61,171 nucleotides of DNA from Deltaproteobacteria bacterium (GTDB taxonomy: Bacteria; Myxococcota_A; Polyangia; Polyangiales; Houyiibacteriaceae): positions 1 through 61,171 of the forward strand of contig JAFDAJ010000025.1 in assembly GCA_019313915.1 (NCBI GenBank). The letters run 5' to 3'. The translations under genes were made by a program, and so were the position numbers. Position 1 is the stretch's first letter, and the number at the start of each line of letters is the position of its first letter. The notes beneath the pieces were generated by a model. It was not told the origin of the DNA, did no database searches, and was given only the letters and a program-made list of their open reading frames with translations. Shown here one piece after another: positions 50,777 to 61,171 of this stretch.

Positions 50777-50805
50777 TTGACATGGGGGGGGTGGCGCGGT
50801 AGGTC
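50777..50805 (+). promoter_or_regulatory. prfB promoter with a G8 tract in the spacer
   Basis: TTGACA-N17-TAGGTC. Confidence 0.55.
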
Positions 50806-50818
50806 GGCGCGGAGAGCG

Positions 50819-51965
50819 ATGACACCAGGGGAATGCCGCGAAAAACTTCAAGACCTCGTACAGCGCATGCAAGCGCTGGGGAGGTATCTTTGACCTCGAT
50901 GGCCTTCGCCACAACGTCGACCGGCTAACCAACCTGAGCCTGAGCGAGGGGTTCTGGGACGACCAACAGAGGGCCCAGAAGATGATGCGCGAACGCGCGT
51001 CCGCTGAGGAAACACTCAAGGAATTCGAGCGAGTAGAGGACGAAGCTAAGGACTTGCTCGAATTACTCGAGCTGGCGGCGAGCGAAAGTGACGAGGGCGT
51101 GGTGGCCGACGTGGCGGAACAGATCCCCTCCCTGGAGGCCGAGGTTCGGAGCCTGGAGCTCAAGCGGATGCTCACCCCGGATGACGATACCGACGCGATC
51201 GTCACCATCAACCCAGGCGCCGGGGGAACCGAGGCACAGGACTGGGCAGACATCCTTTTGCGCATGTACCTCCGCTGGTGCGAGCGTCGCGGGTTCAAGA
51301 CCGAGCTCCTCAGCAAGCAGGCCGGCGACGAAGCCGGGATCAAAGACGCCACCTTCGTGGCCCGCGGGGCCAACGCCTACGGATATCTTCGTGCCGAGAA
51401 CGGGGTGCACCGGCTCATCAGGATCAGCCCATTTGACGCCAACAAGCGACGGCACACCTCATTCGCGGGCGTGAGCGTCGTGCCGGACCTTGGCGACGAG
51501 CTCACCGAGGGCGAGATCGAAATCCGGGACGAAGACCTCGAGGTCAGCACGATGCGTTCCGGCGGTGCGGGCGGCCAGCACGTCAACCGGACCGAGTCCG
51601 CCGTCCGCATGAAGCACATTCCCTCCGGCTTCACCGTCCGGTGCGAGGCGGAGCGGTCACAACACCAGAATCGCGACACTGCGCTCAAGATGTTGCGCGG
51701 GCTGCTCTTCGAGAAGGCCCGCCGCGAGCGGGAGCAAGCCTTCGAAGAAGCCTTCCTCAACGACAGGGCCGACATTGCGTTTGGCTCCCAAGTGCGAACG
51801 TATACATTGCAGCCATACACGATGGTCAAGGACGAGCGCACCGACCACAAGATCAGCAACGCGGACGCTGTGCTCGACGGCGACCTCGACGAGTTCATCG
51901 AGACCTACCTCCTGATGAACGCAGAAAAGAAAAAGAAGAAGGCGGGCGAAGCCCACGAGGACTAG
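50819..51965 (+). CDS. prfB: Peptide chain release factor 2 with programmed +1 frameshift
   Basis: ATG 50819, 24 codons to CTT-TGA-C, then GAC at 50892 in frame with ORF 50982; SPF and GGQ motifs. Confidence 0.97.
50878..50894 (+). promoter_or_regulatory. prfB +1 frameshift site
   Basis: Internal SD GGGGAGG-TAT-CTT-TGA-C. Confidence 0.95.
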
Positions 51966-51968
51966 CAA

Positions 51969-53576
51969 GTGGCCACCGAAGACGAGCTACGACAGACAAG
52001 GTTGAACAAGGCAGAGCGCCTGCGCGAGTTGGGTGTGTTGCCCTACCCGAACACCTGGCGCACCAGCCCGGATCTCGAAGACAAGCGCCGACGATTGGTC
52101 CTACTTGCCAATGACGAGGAAGCCTGCGCCAAGCTCCCGCTCGAAGAGGATCTCACCGACGACGCGCCTCACCTCCCGCTCTTCGGCCGCGTGGTCGCCA
52201 AGCGCGGGCCGTTCCTGGTGATCCGTACCCCACACGGCGATGCCCAGTCGCTAGTCCGGCCGGACAGCCTCAGCGAGCGCGACGCGGCCGTGCTCAAGCT
52301 CCTCGACCTCGCAGACCACGTGCTCGTCGAAGGCCCCGCCATCCGCACCAAGACCGGCGCACTCGCAGTGAGCGCCCGTCGCTACGAGCATCTCGGCAAG
52401 GCCCTTCTACCGCCCCCCGCCAAGTGGCACGGCCTCAAAGACGTCGAGAAGCGCTATCGCGAGCGCTACGTCGACCTCTTCGCGAACCCGGCCGTCGCCG
52501 AGGTCTTCCGCGCGCGCACACTCATCATCCAGTCGCTTCGCCGTTTCCTCGACGGCCTCGACTTTCTCGAAGTCGAGACCCCCTTGCTCCACGCCATCCG
52601 TGGTGGCGCGACGGCCAAGCCCTTCGATACGCACCACAACGCCCTCGACCTAGAGTTGATCCTGCGCATCGCCCCGGAACTCTATCTCAAGCGGCTGCTC
52701 GTCGGTGGTTTCGACCGCGTGTATGAAATCGGGCGCACGTTCCGCAACGAGGGCATCAGCACCAAACACAACCCCGAGTTCACCATCCTCGAGTTCTACA
52801 TGGCGTACGCCACTCACGAGGACTTGATGGATCTCGTGGTCGACATGCTTCGCGCGGTCGACGCGGATGTGCGCGCGCGATTTGCCGGCCTCACCACCGA
52901 TCGGACGTTCGACCTTCAAGCGGACTGGAAACGGGTGCGCATGCGAGAGGCTATCGCAGAACGTCTCGAGCAAGCCGGCCACGGCGAAGTCCCGCAAAGC
53001 CCGTGGACCGAAGCGCTATCGCGCGACGCCATCTACGACGAGGAGGCTTTTGCGACCGCATGCGCCGCGGTGGCCCCGAAGCTCGACCCGGCAGCGCAGA
53101 AACAGCTCTCCCATTGCGAGACGCACGGCGAACGGGTGTTCGCCGTGTTCGAGCTCCTAGCCGAACCCGACCTCGCCGCGATGTACCGCACCCCAAACGG
53201 CGCTCAATCGGTGCCGGTATTCATCACCGAGTTCCCCTGGGAGGTGTCTCCCCTGGCAAGGCGGAGCGATGACGATCCCGCATACGTCGATCGCTTCGAG
53301 CTCTTCATCGACGGGCGCGAGCTGAGCAATGCCTTCAGCGAGCTCAACGATTCCGACGATCAAGCGGAGCGCTTCGAGTCCCAACTTCGCAACCGCGAAC
53401 GCGGAGACGACGAGGCGATGGACTTCGACGCGGACTACATCCGCGCGCTCTCGCACGGCATGCCCCCTGCCGCCGGCTTTGGGCTCGGCGTGGACCGACT
53501 CGTGATGGTCCTCTGCAACCAGCCGTCGATCCGCGACGTGCTCCTCTTCCCGCTACTCCGCCCGGAGGCCGAGTGA
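51969..53576 (+). CDS. lysS: Lysine--tRNA ligase (class II)
   Basis: [58 protein letters not shown]. Confidence 0.96.
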   Translation: MATEDELRQTRLNKAERLRELGVLPYPNTWRTSPDLEDKRRRLVLLANDEEACAKLPLEEDLTDDAPHLPLFGRVVAKRGPFLVIRTPHGDAQSLVRPDSLSERDAAVLKLLDLADHVLVEGPAIRTKTGALAVSARRYEHLGKALLPPPAKWHGLKDVEKRYRERYVDLFANPAVAEVFRARTLIIQSLRRFLDGLDFLEVETPLLHAIRGGATAKPFDTHHNALDLELILRIAPELYLKRLLVGGFDRVYEIGRTFRNEGISTKHNPEFTILEFYMAYATHEDLMDLVVDMLRAVDADVRARFAGLTTDRTFDLQADWKRVRMREAIAERLEQAGHGEVPQSPWTEALSRDAIYDEEAFATACAAVAPKLDPAAQKQLSHCETHGERVFAVFELLAEPDLAAMYRTPNGAQSVPVFITEFPWEVSPLARRSDDDPAYVDRFELFIDGRELSNAFSELNDSDDQAERFESQLRNRERGDDEAMDFDADYIRALSHGMPPAAGFGLGVDRLVMVLCNQPSIRDVLLFPLLRPEAE

Positions 53577-55624
53577 GCCAAACGCGGTCGCTTGGTTTCT
53601 GGACGGCGGTACTCTGTGTTTTTGGGGTCCTGCACGCCGCGGCGGTACTAGTGTTTGGCGGCACGAGCACCCAGTGGTTCCAGGCATCGATCGGCAACGA
53701 CCTGCTGTCGGTGCGTCTCGCCATCGCCTGGACGACCATGCAACTGACCTTGGCGCTGCTCAGCGTGGCCGTCCTGCAGCGCGGCGCCCGCCTTCCCCGA
53801 GGCGCACGCGGACGCGCCCGCACCGTCGGCTTGGCGGTGACCACAGGTCTGCACGCGATCATCACTACGGCGTCTGTCGGCATCCTCTTGTGGGCAGCGC
53901 GGGTCTCGGTCGGCCACGTTCTCGGCGGCACTGTCGCAAGTCTGCTTTTCGGCCTGACTCACCTCGCATACTCCGACGTCGATCTCTCATGGGTGCCGAC
54001 GCTCTATCACACGGCGACCACACTACAGGGCGTCAGCGCTGCACTAATCGCTACGCTCAGCATGTCCTGCTGGTTCCTGGTGCCCGCCAAACGTCGCGAA
54101 CGCTTCTGGTGGGGCTTTGACGCCGCACTCGTGGTCGCATTCGTGGCGGTCAGTTTCCTGTTCCCGCTGTCACCCATCGACGGGGACGACGCAAGCTTGG
54201 TTCGCGCGGTCGTCCGTGTGGGCGTCACGACGACCTTCGCGGTCCGGCTCGTCCTGCGCATGGTCGGCCCCCTCCTCACGGCATTCGAACGGATCGGTTT
54301 CCGCTCGATGGTGGCGGCGCGCCACCTGCGCGCCAAGAAGACCGGCTTCCTGGCCGCAAGCGGTACCTTGTCGATCCTCGCCGTCGCAGTTTCGTCCTGC
54401 ATGCTCGTCTCGGTGCTCAGCGTCATGGGCGGCTTCCGAGCCGACCTCACGAAGAAGATCCTCGGCAACCACGCGCACATCGTGGTCGACCAAGCGTTCC
54501 AAGAGCTCGACGACTGGCAATCCCTCCTCCAGCAAACCCGCGACACCGAAGGCGTCGTTGGCGCCACCCCCTTCCTTCAGGTCGAAGTCATGGTGTCGAG
54601 CCTCTCGAATCGCGCAGGCGCGATCCTTCGCGGCATCGATCCGAAAACCGTCTCGGATGTCACCGACCTCGCCCACAACCTCACGCACGGCAAGCTCGAG
54701 TACTTGCAGCACCCGGAGCGAATCCTCGATTCGTCGATCAGCACCACGCTCGCCGGCCCGCTCGATGCGATGATTCACGACGCCGAACGCGCGGCAGCCA
54801 AGGGACTCCCCGCCAAGTCCAAAGAGGATGCGATGCCGGGCCTCATCGTCGGACAAGAACTCGCGAGGGCACTACGGCTCGTCGTCGGCGATCGCGTCAC
54901 CGTCGTCTCCCCGCGGGGCGACCTCGGCCCCACCGGCCCCATTCCCAAGACCCGACCCTTCCGAATCGCCGGGATCTTCTACAGCGGGATGTACGAGTAC
55001 GACATGAAGCACGCGTACGTCGACCTGGGCGTGGCGCAGAGGTTTCTGCGGTCGGAGGGCCGCATCAGTGGCATCGAGGTCAAAGTCCAGGACGTGGAGC
55101 GCGCCCCCGTCCTAGCCGCTGAGCTGGCATCGACGATCGGCCAGGACGGGCTCCGGGTGCGTGACTGGAAGATGATGAACCAGCAGCTCTTCGGCGCCCT
55201 CGCCCTCGAGAAGCTCGCGATGTTCATCACCCTCGGGATTGCGGTCCTGATTGCCGGCTTCTCGGTGTTCGGCACCCTAACCCTCCTCGTTCAGGAGAAA
55301 CGCCGCGAGGTGGGCATCCTCAAGGCCATGGGGACCTCGGCTCGTGGTGTAATCCGGATCTTCATCATCGAGGGCCTCCTGATCGGAGCAGCCGGCGGCC
55401 TCATGGGGCTCGGGCTCGGCTTCGTCCTGACATTCGCAGCCGAACACTTTGGAATCCGAATGAATCCCGAGGTCTATTACATCGACAAGCTACCGGTACA
55501 TCTCGATCCAACGGAGTTCGCCCTGGTTGGCGCCGCAACCGTGGTGGTATGCCTGGCGGCAACCCTCTTTCCCGCGTATCAAGCGAGTCGCGTCCGCCCC
55601 GTGGATGCGCTCCGTTACGACTGA
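53573..55624 (+). CDS. lolE: Lipoprotein-releasing ABC permease LolC/E with N-terminal multi-TM extension
   Basis: [52 protein letters not shown]. Confidence 0.88.
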   Translation: MSQTRSLGFWTAVLCVFGVLHAAAVLVFGGTSTQWFQASIGNDLLSVRLAIAWTTMQLTLALLSVAVLQRGARLPRGARGRARTVGLAVTTGLHAIITTASVGILLWAARVSVGHVLGGTVASLLFGLTHLAYSDVDLSWVPTLYHTATTLQGVSAALIATLSMSCWFLVPAKRRERFWWGFDAALVVAFVAVSFLFPLSPIDGDDASLVRAVVRVGVTTTFAVRLVLRMVGPLLTAFERIGFRSMVAARHLRAKKTGFLAASGTLSILAVAVSSCMLVSVLSVMGGFRADLTKKILGNHAHIVVDQAFQELDDWQSLLQQTRDTEGVVGATPFLQVEVMVSSLSNRAGAILRGIDPKTVSDVTDLAHNLTHGKLEYLQHPERILDSSISTTLAGPLDAMIHDAERAAAKGLPAKSKEDAMPGLIVGQELARALRLVVGDRVTVVSPRGDLGPTGPIPKTRPFRIAGIFYSGMYEYDMKHAYVDLGVAQRFLRSEGRISGIEVKVQDVERAPVLAAELASTIGQDGLRVRDWKMMNQQLFGALALEKLAMFITLGIAVLIAGFSVFGTLTLLVQEKRREVGILKAMGTSARGVIRIFIIEGLLIGAAGGLMGLGLGFVLTFAAEHFGIRMNPEVYYIDKLPVHLDPTEFALVGAATVVVCLAATLFPAYQASRVRPVDALRYD

Positions 55625-55654
55625 CACCCTTACAACTGACCTCTCGCGTTTTCG

Positions 55655-56371
55655 ATGCCCGACCCTCTCGTCACCGTGCAAAACGTGACCAAAACCTTCG
55701 AGCACGAAGGCCGGTCACTCGAAGTCCTCAAGGGCATCGATCTGGAGATCGGGGCCGGCGAGATGGTTACGATCGTTGGTCCGTCAGGGGCCGGGAAGAG
55801 CACCCTGCTCCATTTGATAGGCACGCTGGATCTGCCCACCGAGGGTCGCATCCTCTACGAGGGCCAGGATGTCACCACTCTCGGAAGCTCCGACCTGGCA
55901 GAGTTTCGAAATCGAAGTATCGGTTTTGTCTTCCAATTTCATCATCTGCTACCGGAGTTTACCGCGCTGGAGAACGTGATGATGCCTGGGCTGATTCGGG
56001 GCGGTCATCGGTTCGAGGATCGGGCTCGGGAGCTGCTCGAGGAGGTCGGGCTCGCCGAGAGGCTAACCCATCGGCCCGGCGAACTTTCTGGCGGCGAGCA
56101 GCAACGGGTCGCCCTGGCGCGGGCGCTCCTCATGAAACCCAAGCTCGTGCTCGCCGACGAACCCACCGGCAATCTCGACAGTCAGACCAGCGACTCCGTT
56201 CAGTCGCTCATCTTCGATTTGAATCGACGGCACGGGATCACCTTTCTGATCGTGACCCACAGCCGCGACTTCGCCGCGATGATGCCGAGACAGGTTTCGA
56301 TGAAAGACGGACGCATCGATTCCGACGAACGCCGCCCTCAACCCCTTGAAAACCAAGGAAAACCAGCTTGA
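55655..56371 (+). CDS. lolD: Lipoprotein-releasing ABC ATPase
   Basis: [40 protein letters not shown]. Confidence 0.92.
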   Translation: MPDPLVTVQNVTKTFEHEGRSLEVLKGIDLEIGAGEMVTIVGPSGAGKSTLLHLIGTLDLPTEGRILYEGQDVTTLGSSDLAEFRNRSIGFVFQFHHLLPEFTALENVMMPGLIRGGHRFEDRARELLEEVGLAERLTHRPGELSGGEQQRVALARALLMKPKLVLADEPTGNLDSQTSDSVQSLIFDLNRRHGITFLIVTHSRDFAAMMPRQVSMKDGRIDSDERRPQPLENQGKPA

Positions 56372-56396
56372 CCCCCTCGTAGGGCACGGCTATAGC
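56368..56396 (+). promoter_or_regulatory. bamA promoter
   Basis: TTGACC-N17-TATAGC. Confidence 0.55.
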
Positions 56397-56419
56397 CGCC
56401 CGGATCGTTACGCCTTGCA

Positions 56420-59017
56420 ATGCGACCTTTCGCCCCAGCCATAGCCCTGATGCTCGCAGGGCTCGCTTCCGTGGCGGGCGCTCAGAGCGAGGAGAACATG
56501 CCGGAGCCGTCAGCACCGGCAATGCTGCCGGTGCGGATGTCCCCACAGCCAAAGCCGCCACCTCAACCGATCGGTGAGGAAGCGGACCCAGAGGGCGAAG
56601 GTGACGACTACGAACCGGTCGAAGACCCGAACGCCGGCATCCAAGTCCCGCGCACGAGCTGTCACGGCAAAGAGATTCGCCGCGTCGTGGTCGTCGGCGC
56701 GCGCCGGGTCGATCCCGACGACGTGAGGGCCACGATGAAGCTCCGCCGGGGATCTACGTGTACGGACCCGGCGGTCACCCGGGATGCGAAAGCGCTCTGG
56801 AATATGGCGTACTTCGACGACCTCCAAATCGAGTCCGACCCGATCGGCGCTGGCATCAAGCTCACGATTCGCCTCGTCGAACGCCCCGCAATTCGCAAAG
56901 TCGTCTACAACGGCAACGACGAAGTCGACAAGGATGACATCGATGAGACGGTGTCGCTCGAGCCCGGCACGATCCTGTCGGTGCCCGACGTCGAGTCACA
57001 GGCCGACGCGATGCGGCAGCTCTATTCCGAAGAGGGCTTCTTTCTCGCCGACGTCGAGTACGAGCTGAGGCGCGTCCCTGGAGACAGCAATCAGGTCGAC
57101 GTGATCTTCAAGATCGACGAGGGAGCGGAGGTCGAGGTCCGGCGCATTACCTTCGTCGGCAACCAGGAGATCGCGGCTCCAGTGTTGCTGAAGATCATGC
57201 AGACGAACGAGACCGGAATGTTCTCGTTCCTGAGCGATCGCAACAAGTTCAGCCGGTCAGCGTTCGACGAAGACCTGACTCGAGTTCAGGCCTGGTACTA
57301 CGACCAGGGTTACCTGATGATGCGCCCGGGGCGTCCGACGGTTGAGCTGACGGCCGACCGCGCCTACGTCGACATCACGATTCCGGTCGAGGAGGGCCCA
57401 CGCTTCCGCATTCGCGAGTTCGACATCATGGAAACCGACGGTGCGGGCAACGAAGTCGAGACCATCGCGCCCAAACCCCAACTCCGCAAAATGGTGAAGC
57501 TCAAGCCGGGCGATTGGTTCAGCCGCAGCAAGATCGCCGAAGGCATCGAGGGAATTAGTCGGACCTACCGTGACTCTGGTTACGCGCTGGTCGAAATGGT
57601 GCCCGGCACCGACCTCGACCAGGCGAACCACCTGGTCGACGTGACCATCAACATTCTTCGAGGCCCGCTCGTCTACATCGAGCGCATCCACGTCCGCGGC
57701 AACACCAAGACTCGGGACGCGGTGATCCGGCGAGAGTTCCGTCTCAGCGAAGGCGACACCTACAACCAGAGCAAGCTCGAAGACGGCCGCGCACTGGTGA
57801 ATCAGCTCGGCTACTTCGAGCGAGTCGATGTCTCGGAGCAGGAGGGAACCGCCCGCAACCAGATGGTGATCAACGTCGAGGTCGCCGAAAAGCCGACCGG
57901 CACGTTTCAGGTCGGCGCTGGCTTCTCGTCGCTCGAAAGCTTCATCATCACGGCGCAAGTCCAGCAGCAAAACCTCTTTGGCCGCGGGCAAACGTTGGGT
58001 TTGAACCTGCAGCTGTCGGGCATTCGCCAACAGATCGACCTGAACTTCATCGAGCCCTGGTTCCTCGGCTCCGAATGGAGCCTCGGCTTCGGCTTGTTCA
58101 AACGCATCCGTGACTTCAGTGACTTCCGTCAGGACTCGACGGGCGCGAGCATCACGACCGGACATCCCCTCTTCAATCCGCGCTTCCGCATTTTCCTCCG
58201 GTATGAGTTCGAGAACGTCAACATCTCCCAACCCAGAGGAAGCCTCCTCGGCGTTGGCGGTGACCTTGCAAACACCTTCTCCAACATCTTCATCGCCAAC
58301 GCGTTCCGCGACGGCATCACCAGCTCGCTCAGGTTCACCCTCAACTGGGACAGCCGCGATAACCGAATTTCGACGACGGGCGGCATCTTTGCGAACTACG
58401 CGGTCCAATTCGCCGATCAATACCTGGGCTCCGACAACACCTTCGTGCGGCAAACCGCATTCGCTCGCTTCTACAAGAAGGCGTTCGGTCCGGTGGTGTT
58501 CAAGGTCAACACCGAGATGGGGCTCCTCACGTCCCGCGACATAGTCCCCGTCTTCGAGCGGTTCTACCTCGGCGGCATCTTCACGATTCGAGGCTACGAC
58601 TTGCAGTCGGTTGGCCCGCAAGCCGGTATCTCCGCGGCGGGCGATCCAAACCTCCCGATCATCGCGCGGGGCCGCCCCATCGGTGGCGACTTTCAGGCCT
58701 TCTACAATATCGAGCTCGAGTTCCCGATCATCGAGGCCGTTGGCATCAAGGGCGTCATCTTCACGGACGGTGGCAATGCCTGGAATCTCTTCGCGTTCCG
58801 GGATCAGTTTGGCAACTGCCAGGCGCCAGTCGCACCCGACTCCGACCGCTCGTCCGCGCCCTGCGGGATAAACGGCTTCCTCCGATACTCGGTGGGCTTC
58901 GGTCTTCGATGGTTTTCCCCGCTCGGGCCGCTCCGCTTCGAATGGGGCATTCCCATCAATCGACGGCTACAGGACAGTCCAGTCCGCTTCGAGTTCACCA
59001 TTGGGCAGTCGTTCTGA
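56420..59017 (+). CDS. bamA: Outer membrane protein assembly factor BamA
   Basis: POTRA repeats (GNTKTRDAVIRRE), NLFGRG, IRGY, SPLGPLRFEWG, C-terminal F. Confidence 0.97.
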   Translation: MRPFAPAIALMLAGLASVAGAQSEENMPEPSAPAMLPVRMSPQPKPPPQPIGEEADPEGEGDDYEPVEDPNAGIQVPRTSCHGKEIRRVVVVGARRVDPDDVRATMKLRRGSTCTDPAVTRDAKALWNMAYFDDLQIESDPIGAGIKLTIRLVERPAIRKVVYNGNDEVDKDDIDETVSLEPGTILSVPDVESQADAMRQLYSEEGFFLADVEYELRRVPGDSNQVDVIFKIDEGAEVEVRRITFVGNQEIAAPVLLKIMQTNETGMFSFLSDRNKFSRSAFDEDLTRVQAWYYDQGYLMMRPGRPTVELTADRAYVDITIPVEEGPRFRIREFDIMETDGAGNEVETIAPKPQLRKMVKLKPGDWFSRSKIAEGIEGISRTYRDSGYALVEMVPGTDLDQANHLVDVTINILRGPLVYIERIHVRGNTKTRDAVIRREFRLSEGDTYNQSKLEDGRALVNQLGYFERVDVSEQEGTARNQMVINVEVAEKPTGTFQVGAGFSSLESFIITAQVQQQNLFGRGQTLGLNLQLSGIRQQIDLNFIEPWFLGSEWSLGFGLFKRIRDFSDFRQDSTGASITTGHPLFNPRFRIFLRYEFENVNISQPRGSLLGVGGDLANTFSNIFIANAFRDGITSSLRFTLNWDSRDNRISTTGGIFANYAVQFADQYLGSDNTFVRQTAFARFYKKAFGPVVFKVNTEMGLLTSRDIVPVFERFYLGGIFTIRGYDLQSVGPQAGISAAGDPNLPIIARGRPIGGDFQAFYNIELEFPIIEAVGIKGVIFTDGGNAWNLFAFRDQFGNCQAPVAPDSDRSSAPCGINGFLRYSVGFGLRWFSPLGPLRFEWGIPINRRLQDSPVRFEFTIGQSF

Positions 59018-59057
59018 TCGAATCAAAGCGCCCACCCAAGCGTACAACCCCTGCGGC

Positions 59058-59086
59058 TTGACCGGATCCCGGCAAACGGCTAGCTA
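59058..59086 (+). promoter_or_regulatory. skp promoter
   Basis: TTGACC-N17-TAGCTA. Confidence 0.5.
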
Positions 59087-59110
59087 CGCCGGGCCTGAAA
59101 GGATGCTCTA

Positions 59111-59659
59111 ATGCGCTTTTGCAGAATCGTTACTATCGCTTTGGCCACCGTCATTCTCGCCGGATCGGCATCCACCGTGGACGCGCAGGTAAAAATCGGC
59201 GTTGTCGACCTCCAGCGCGCCATCAACGAAACCGAGGACGGCCGACAGGCCAAGCGACGACTGAAGAAAGTCTTCGACGAGCGACAGAAATCTCTCAACG
59301 TCAAGCAGGAGAGCCTCAAAGCTCAGAAAGAGAGCCTCGAGCGGCAGCAGGACGTCCTCAATCAGGACGCGTTCAAGAAGAAGGTCGAGAAGTACCAGAC
59401 CGACTTGATGGATCTGCAGAACGAGTACGTGCAGTACCAGCAGGAGCTTTCGACCAAGGAAGCCGAGCTCACCCAGAAGATCCTGGAGAAGATGCAAGCC
59501 ATTCTCCGTCGCATCGGGCAGACCGATGGCTACACCATAATCATCGAAGCCAACGAAGGCGGTGTCGTCTGGGTCCCTGGGAACCTCGATCTCACCGATG
59601 TGCTCATCCAGCGCTACAACAAGCAGGCCAAACAGGGCGGCGGCAAGAAGGCCAAGTAA
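59111..59659 (+). CDS. skp: OmpH/Skp periplasmic chaperone
   Basis: KIGVVDLQRA, coiled coil, DLTDVLI; follows bamA. Confidence 0.93.
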   Translation: MRFCRIVTIALATVILAGSASTVDAQVKIGVVDLQRAINETEDGRQAKRRLKKVFDERQKSLNVKQESLKAQKESLERQQDVLNQDAFKKKVEKYQTDLMDLQNEYVQYQQELSTKEAELTQKILEKMQAILRRIGQTDGYTIIIEANEGGVVWVPGNLDLTDVLIQRYNKQAKQGGGKKAK

Positions 59660-59704
59660 GCACGCATTCGTGGCCCAACCGGTCGTTTCCAGGTACAAAA
59701 GCCC

Positions 59705-61126
59705 ATGGTCAGGTTCTGGGCGCTAGCGATCGTGACGCTGACGATGCTCAGCATCGCGGCGCACGTAATCGCCGAGGAGGCGCCCCCGAGCGGGGCGGCG
59801 CCTGCAGCCGAAGAGCCGCCGATCGGCCGCGTCTACCACGTCGATGAATATACGCAGGCGGCAATCCTCCGCTATCCGGGCCTGAGCGCAGCCGAGGCCG
59901 ACATCGACGCCGCGCAAGCTCGCCTCAGGGAAGCAAGGCTCTCGCCTTTCATGCAGTTCCAAGGGCAAGCGCGATTCTTCGTGGCACCAGGGGCTCGCGG
60001 AACCGCAACCTTCAGCCCCGACCCTCAAATCCCTTGGAGCAACAGCTGGGGCCCGGGCGGCGAGGTCAGCATCGAGGGTGCGATTCCGATTTACACGTTC
60101 GGCAAGTACCGGGCTGGCAAGAAGGCAGCAAGCGCGGGCATCACGGCGGCCGAGTTCGAACGAGACCGTACGCTGACCCGGGTGGTGTTCGACGTGCGCC
60201 GCGCCTACTTCGGCACGCAGCTCTCCCTCGACCTGCAGGCGATGATCTCCGAAGGTAAGAACAAGCTCCGCAAGGCGGTCGACAAGCTCGATGCGCGACT
60301 CAAGGCCGACGACCCGCGTGTGAAGCAAACCGACTTCTGGCGCCTCGTGTCGGCCCTATCCGAGATCGAGTCGCGCGAGTCGGAGGCATTGCGATTGGAA
60401 GCGTCGGCCCGTGCCGCTCTCGAAATCCTCTCGGGCCTCAAACCCGCTATCGTTCCCGAATGTGCACTCGAGGCGGTGCAAAGCGAGGTGATCGAGCTCG
60501 CAGACCACGTGGACCGAGCCCTCGCGAATCGACCGGAGGTCCATCAGCTCGAAGCCGCGCATGCTGCCAAGGACGCCAACCTCACGGTCAAGCGAGCCGG
60601 CTACCTCCCCGACATCCTCCTCGCCCTACGCGCGAGCTTCGCGAGAACGCCCGGCATCACCGACATTCAGAACCCGTTCATCATCGACCGAGGCAACTTC
60701 GCCGGGGCATTCGCCGGTTTGGTTGCACGATGGAAGCTCGACTTCGGGGGAACCCACGCGCGGGTCAAAGCTGCCAAAGCCGAGATCGAATCGTTGAAGG
60801 CCAAGACCGCAGAAGCCGAACAAGGCATCGAGATCGAAGTGACCGCCCTCTTCGAGCACCTTCAGGACGCCAAGCGGCGGCTCGCAAGCTGGACGCGTTC
60901 GGAGAAAGAAACCCGCAAGTGGTTCGTATCGGCGGGACAGGGTTACGAGATTGGAACGACCACTGCCATGGAGCTGGTCGACGCGATCGAAGCGTACTTC
61001 AGCGCCCGTTCCAAGCGGCTCATGGCCACTGCCGAATACAACCTCGCGATTGCAGGGCTCGAAAAAGCCACCAACATGCCACTGGTCTCGCAAAAGGGCT
61101 GGCGCCCGGCGAACTGCGAAGAATAA
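59705..61126 (+). CDS. TolC family outer membrane protein
   Basis: Signal peptide; PIYTFGK, VRRAYF, ALANRPE, GYEIG, EYNLAIAGLEKA. Confidence 0.88.
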   Translation: MVRFWALAIVTLTMLSIAAHVIAEEAPPSGAAPAAEEPPIGRVYHVDEYTQAAILRYPGLSAAEADIDAAQARLREARLSPFMQFQGQARFFVAPGARGTATFSPDPQIPWSNSWGPGGEVSIEGAIPIYTFGKYRAGKKAASAGITAAEFERDRTLTRVVFDVRRAYFGTQLSLDLQAMISEGKNKLRKAVDKLDARLKADDPRVKQTDFWRLVSALSEIESRESEALRLEASARAALEILSGLKPAIVPECALEAVQSEVIELADHVDRALANRPEVHQLEAAHAAKDANLTVKRAGYLPDILLALRASFARTPGITDIQNPFIIDRGNFAGAFAGLVARWKLDFGGTHARVKAAKAEIESLKAKTAEAEQGIEIEVTALFEHLQDAKRRLASWTRSEKETRKWFVSAGQGYEIGTTTAMELVDAIEAYFSARSKRLMATAEYNLAIAGLEKATNMPLVSQKGWRPANCEE

Positions 61127-61171
61127 TCCCCCTCTCAGGGTCGTCTACAGGGAACATATGACTCGTTTATC

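Noticed and set aside
50819-50982. prfB as a broken gene
   Set aside because: This is the well-known programmed +1 frameshift (SD plus CTT-TGA-C).
61158-61171. Start of a gene after tolC (ATG 61158)
   Set aside because: Only four codons lie inside the window, so no product can be supported.

Overview
A GC-rich chromosomal segment, most likely from a myxobacterium (Myxococcota, Polyangia-like). This is inferred from the PilZ protein, the kinase with a DUF4388-like domain, Gly-rich lipoprotein linkers and the ACIII-oxidase gene order. About 57 genes are supported: a peptide ABC transporter without ATPases, pgsA, a 13.6-kb alternative complex III (actABCDEF, actG-cyt c) plus heme-copper oxidase operon, a Ser/Thr kinase, serA-hisZ-purA, ridA, xth, an M1 aminopeptidase, meaB, tRNA-Val(CAC), an S1-domain protein, prfB with its programmed +1 frameshift, and lysS-lolE-lolD-bamA-skp-tolC. 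No transposase, integrase, phage genes, rRNA or CRISPR array was seen. Main observations: (1) the oxidase subunit I is A1-type with an intact D-channel but lacks the canonical K-channel residues I checked; (2) a caa3-like cytochrome c domain is fused to an ActG-like lipoprotein, followed by a lipid-anchored c4-type diheme and an unannotated 36-aa membrane peptide; (3) a three-gene module (membrane pseudokinase, atypical G|YTLVD pilin, secreted NNGHGNN/GN-repeat protein) sits at a junction that truncates a flavoprotein gene; (4) two exact tandem duplications (11 bp in actC, 55 bp at the pseudokinase/pilin junction) break reading frames and could be assembly artefacts. All family assignments come from recognising motifs by eye; no searches were run.
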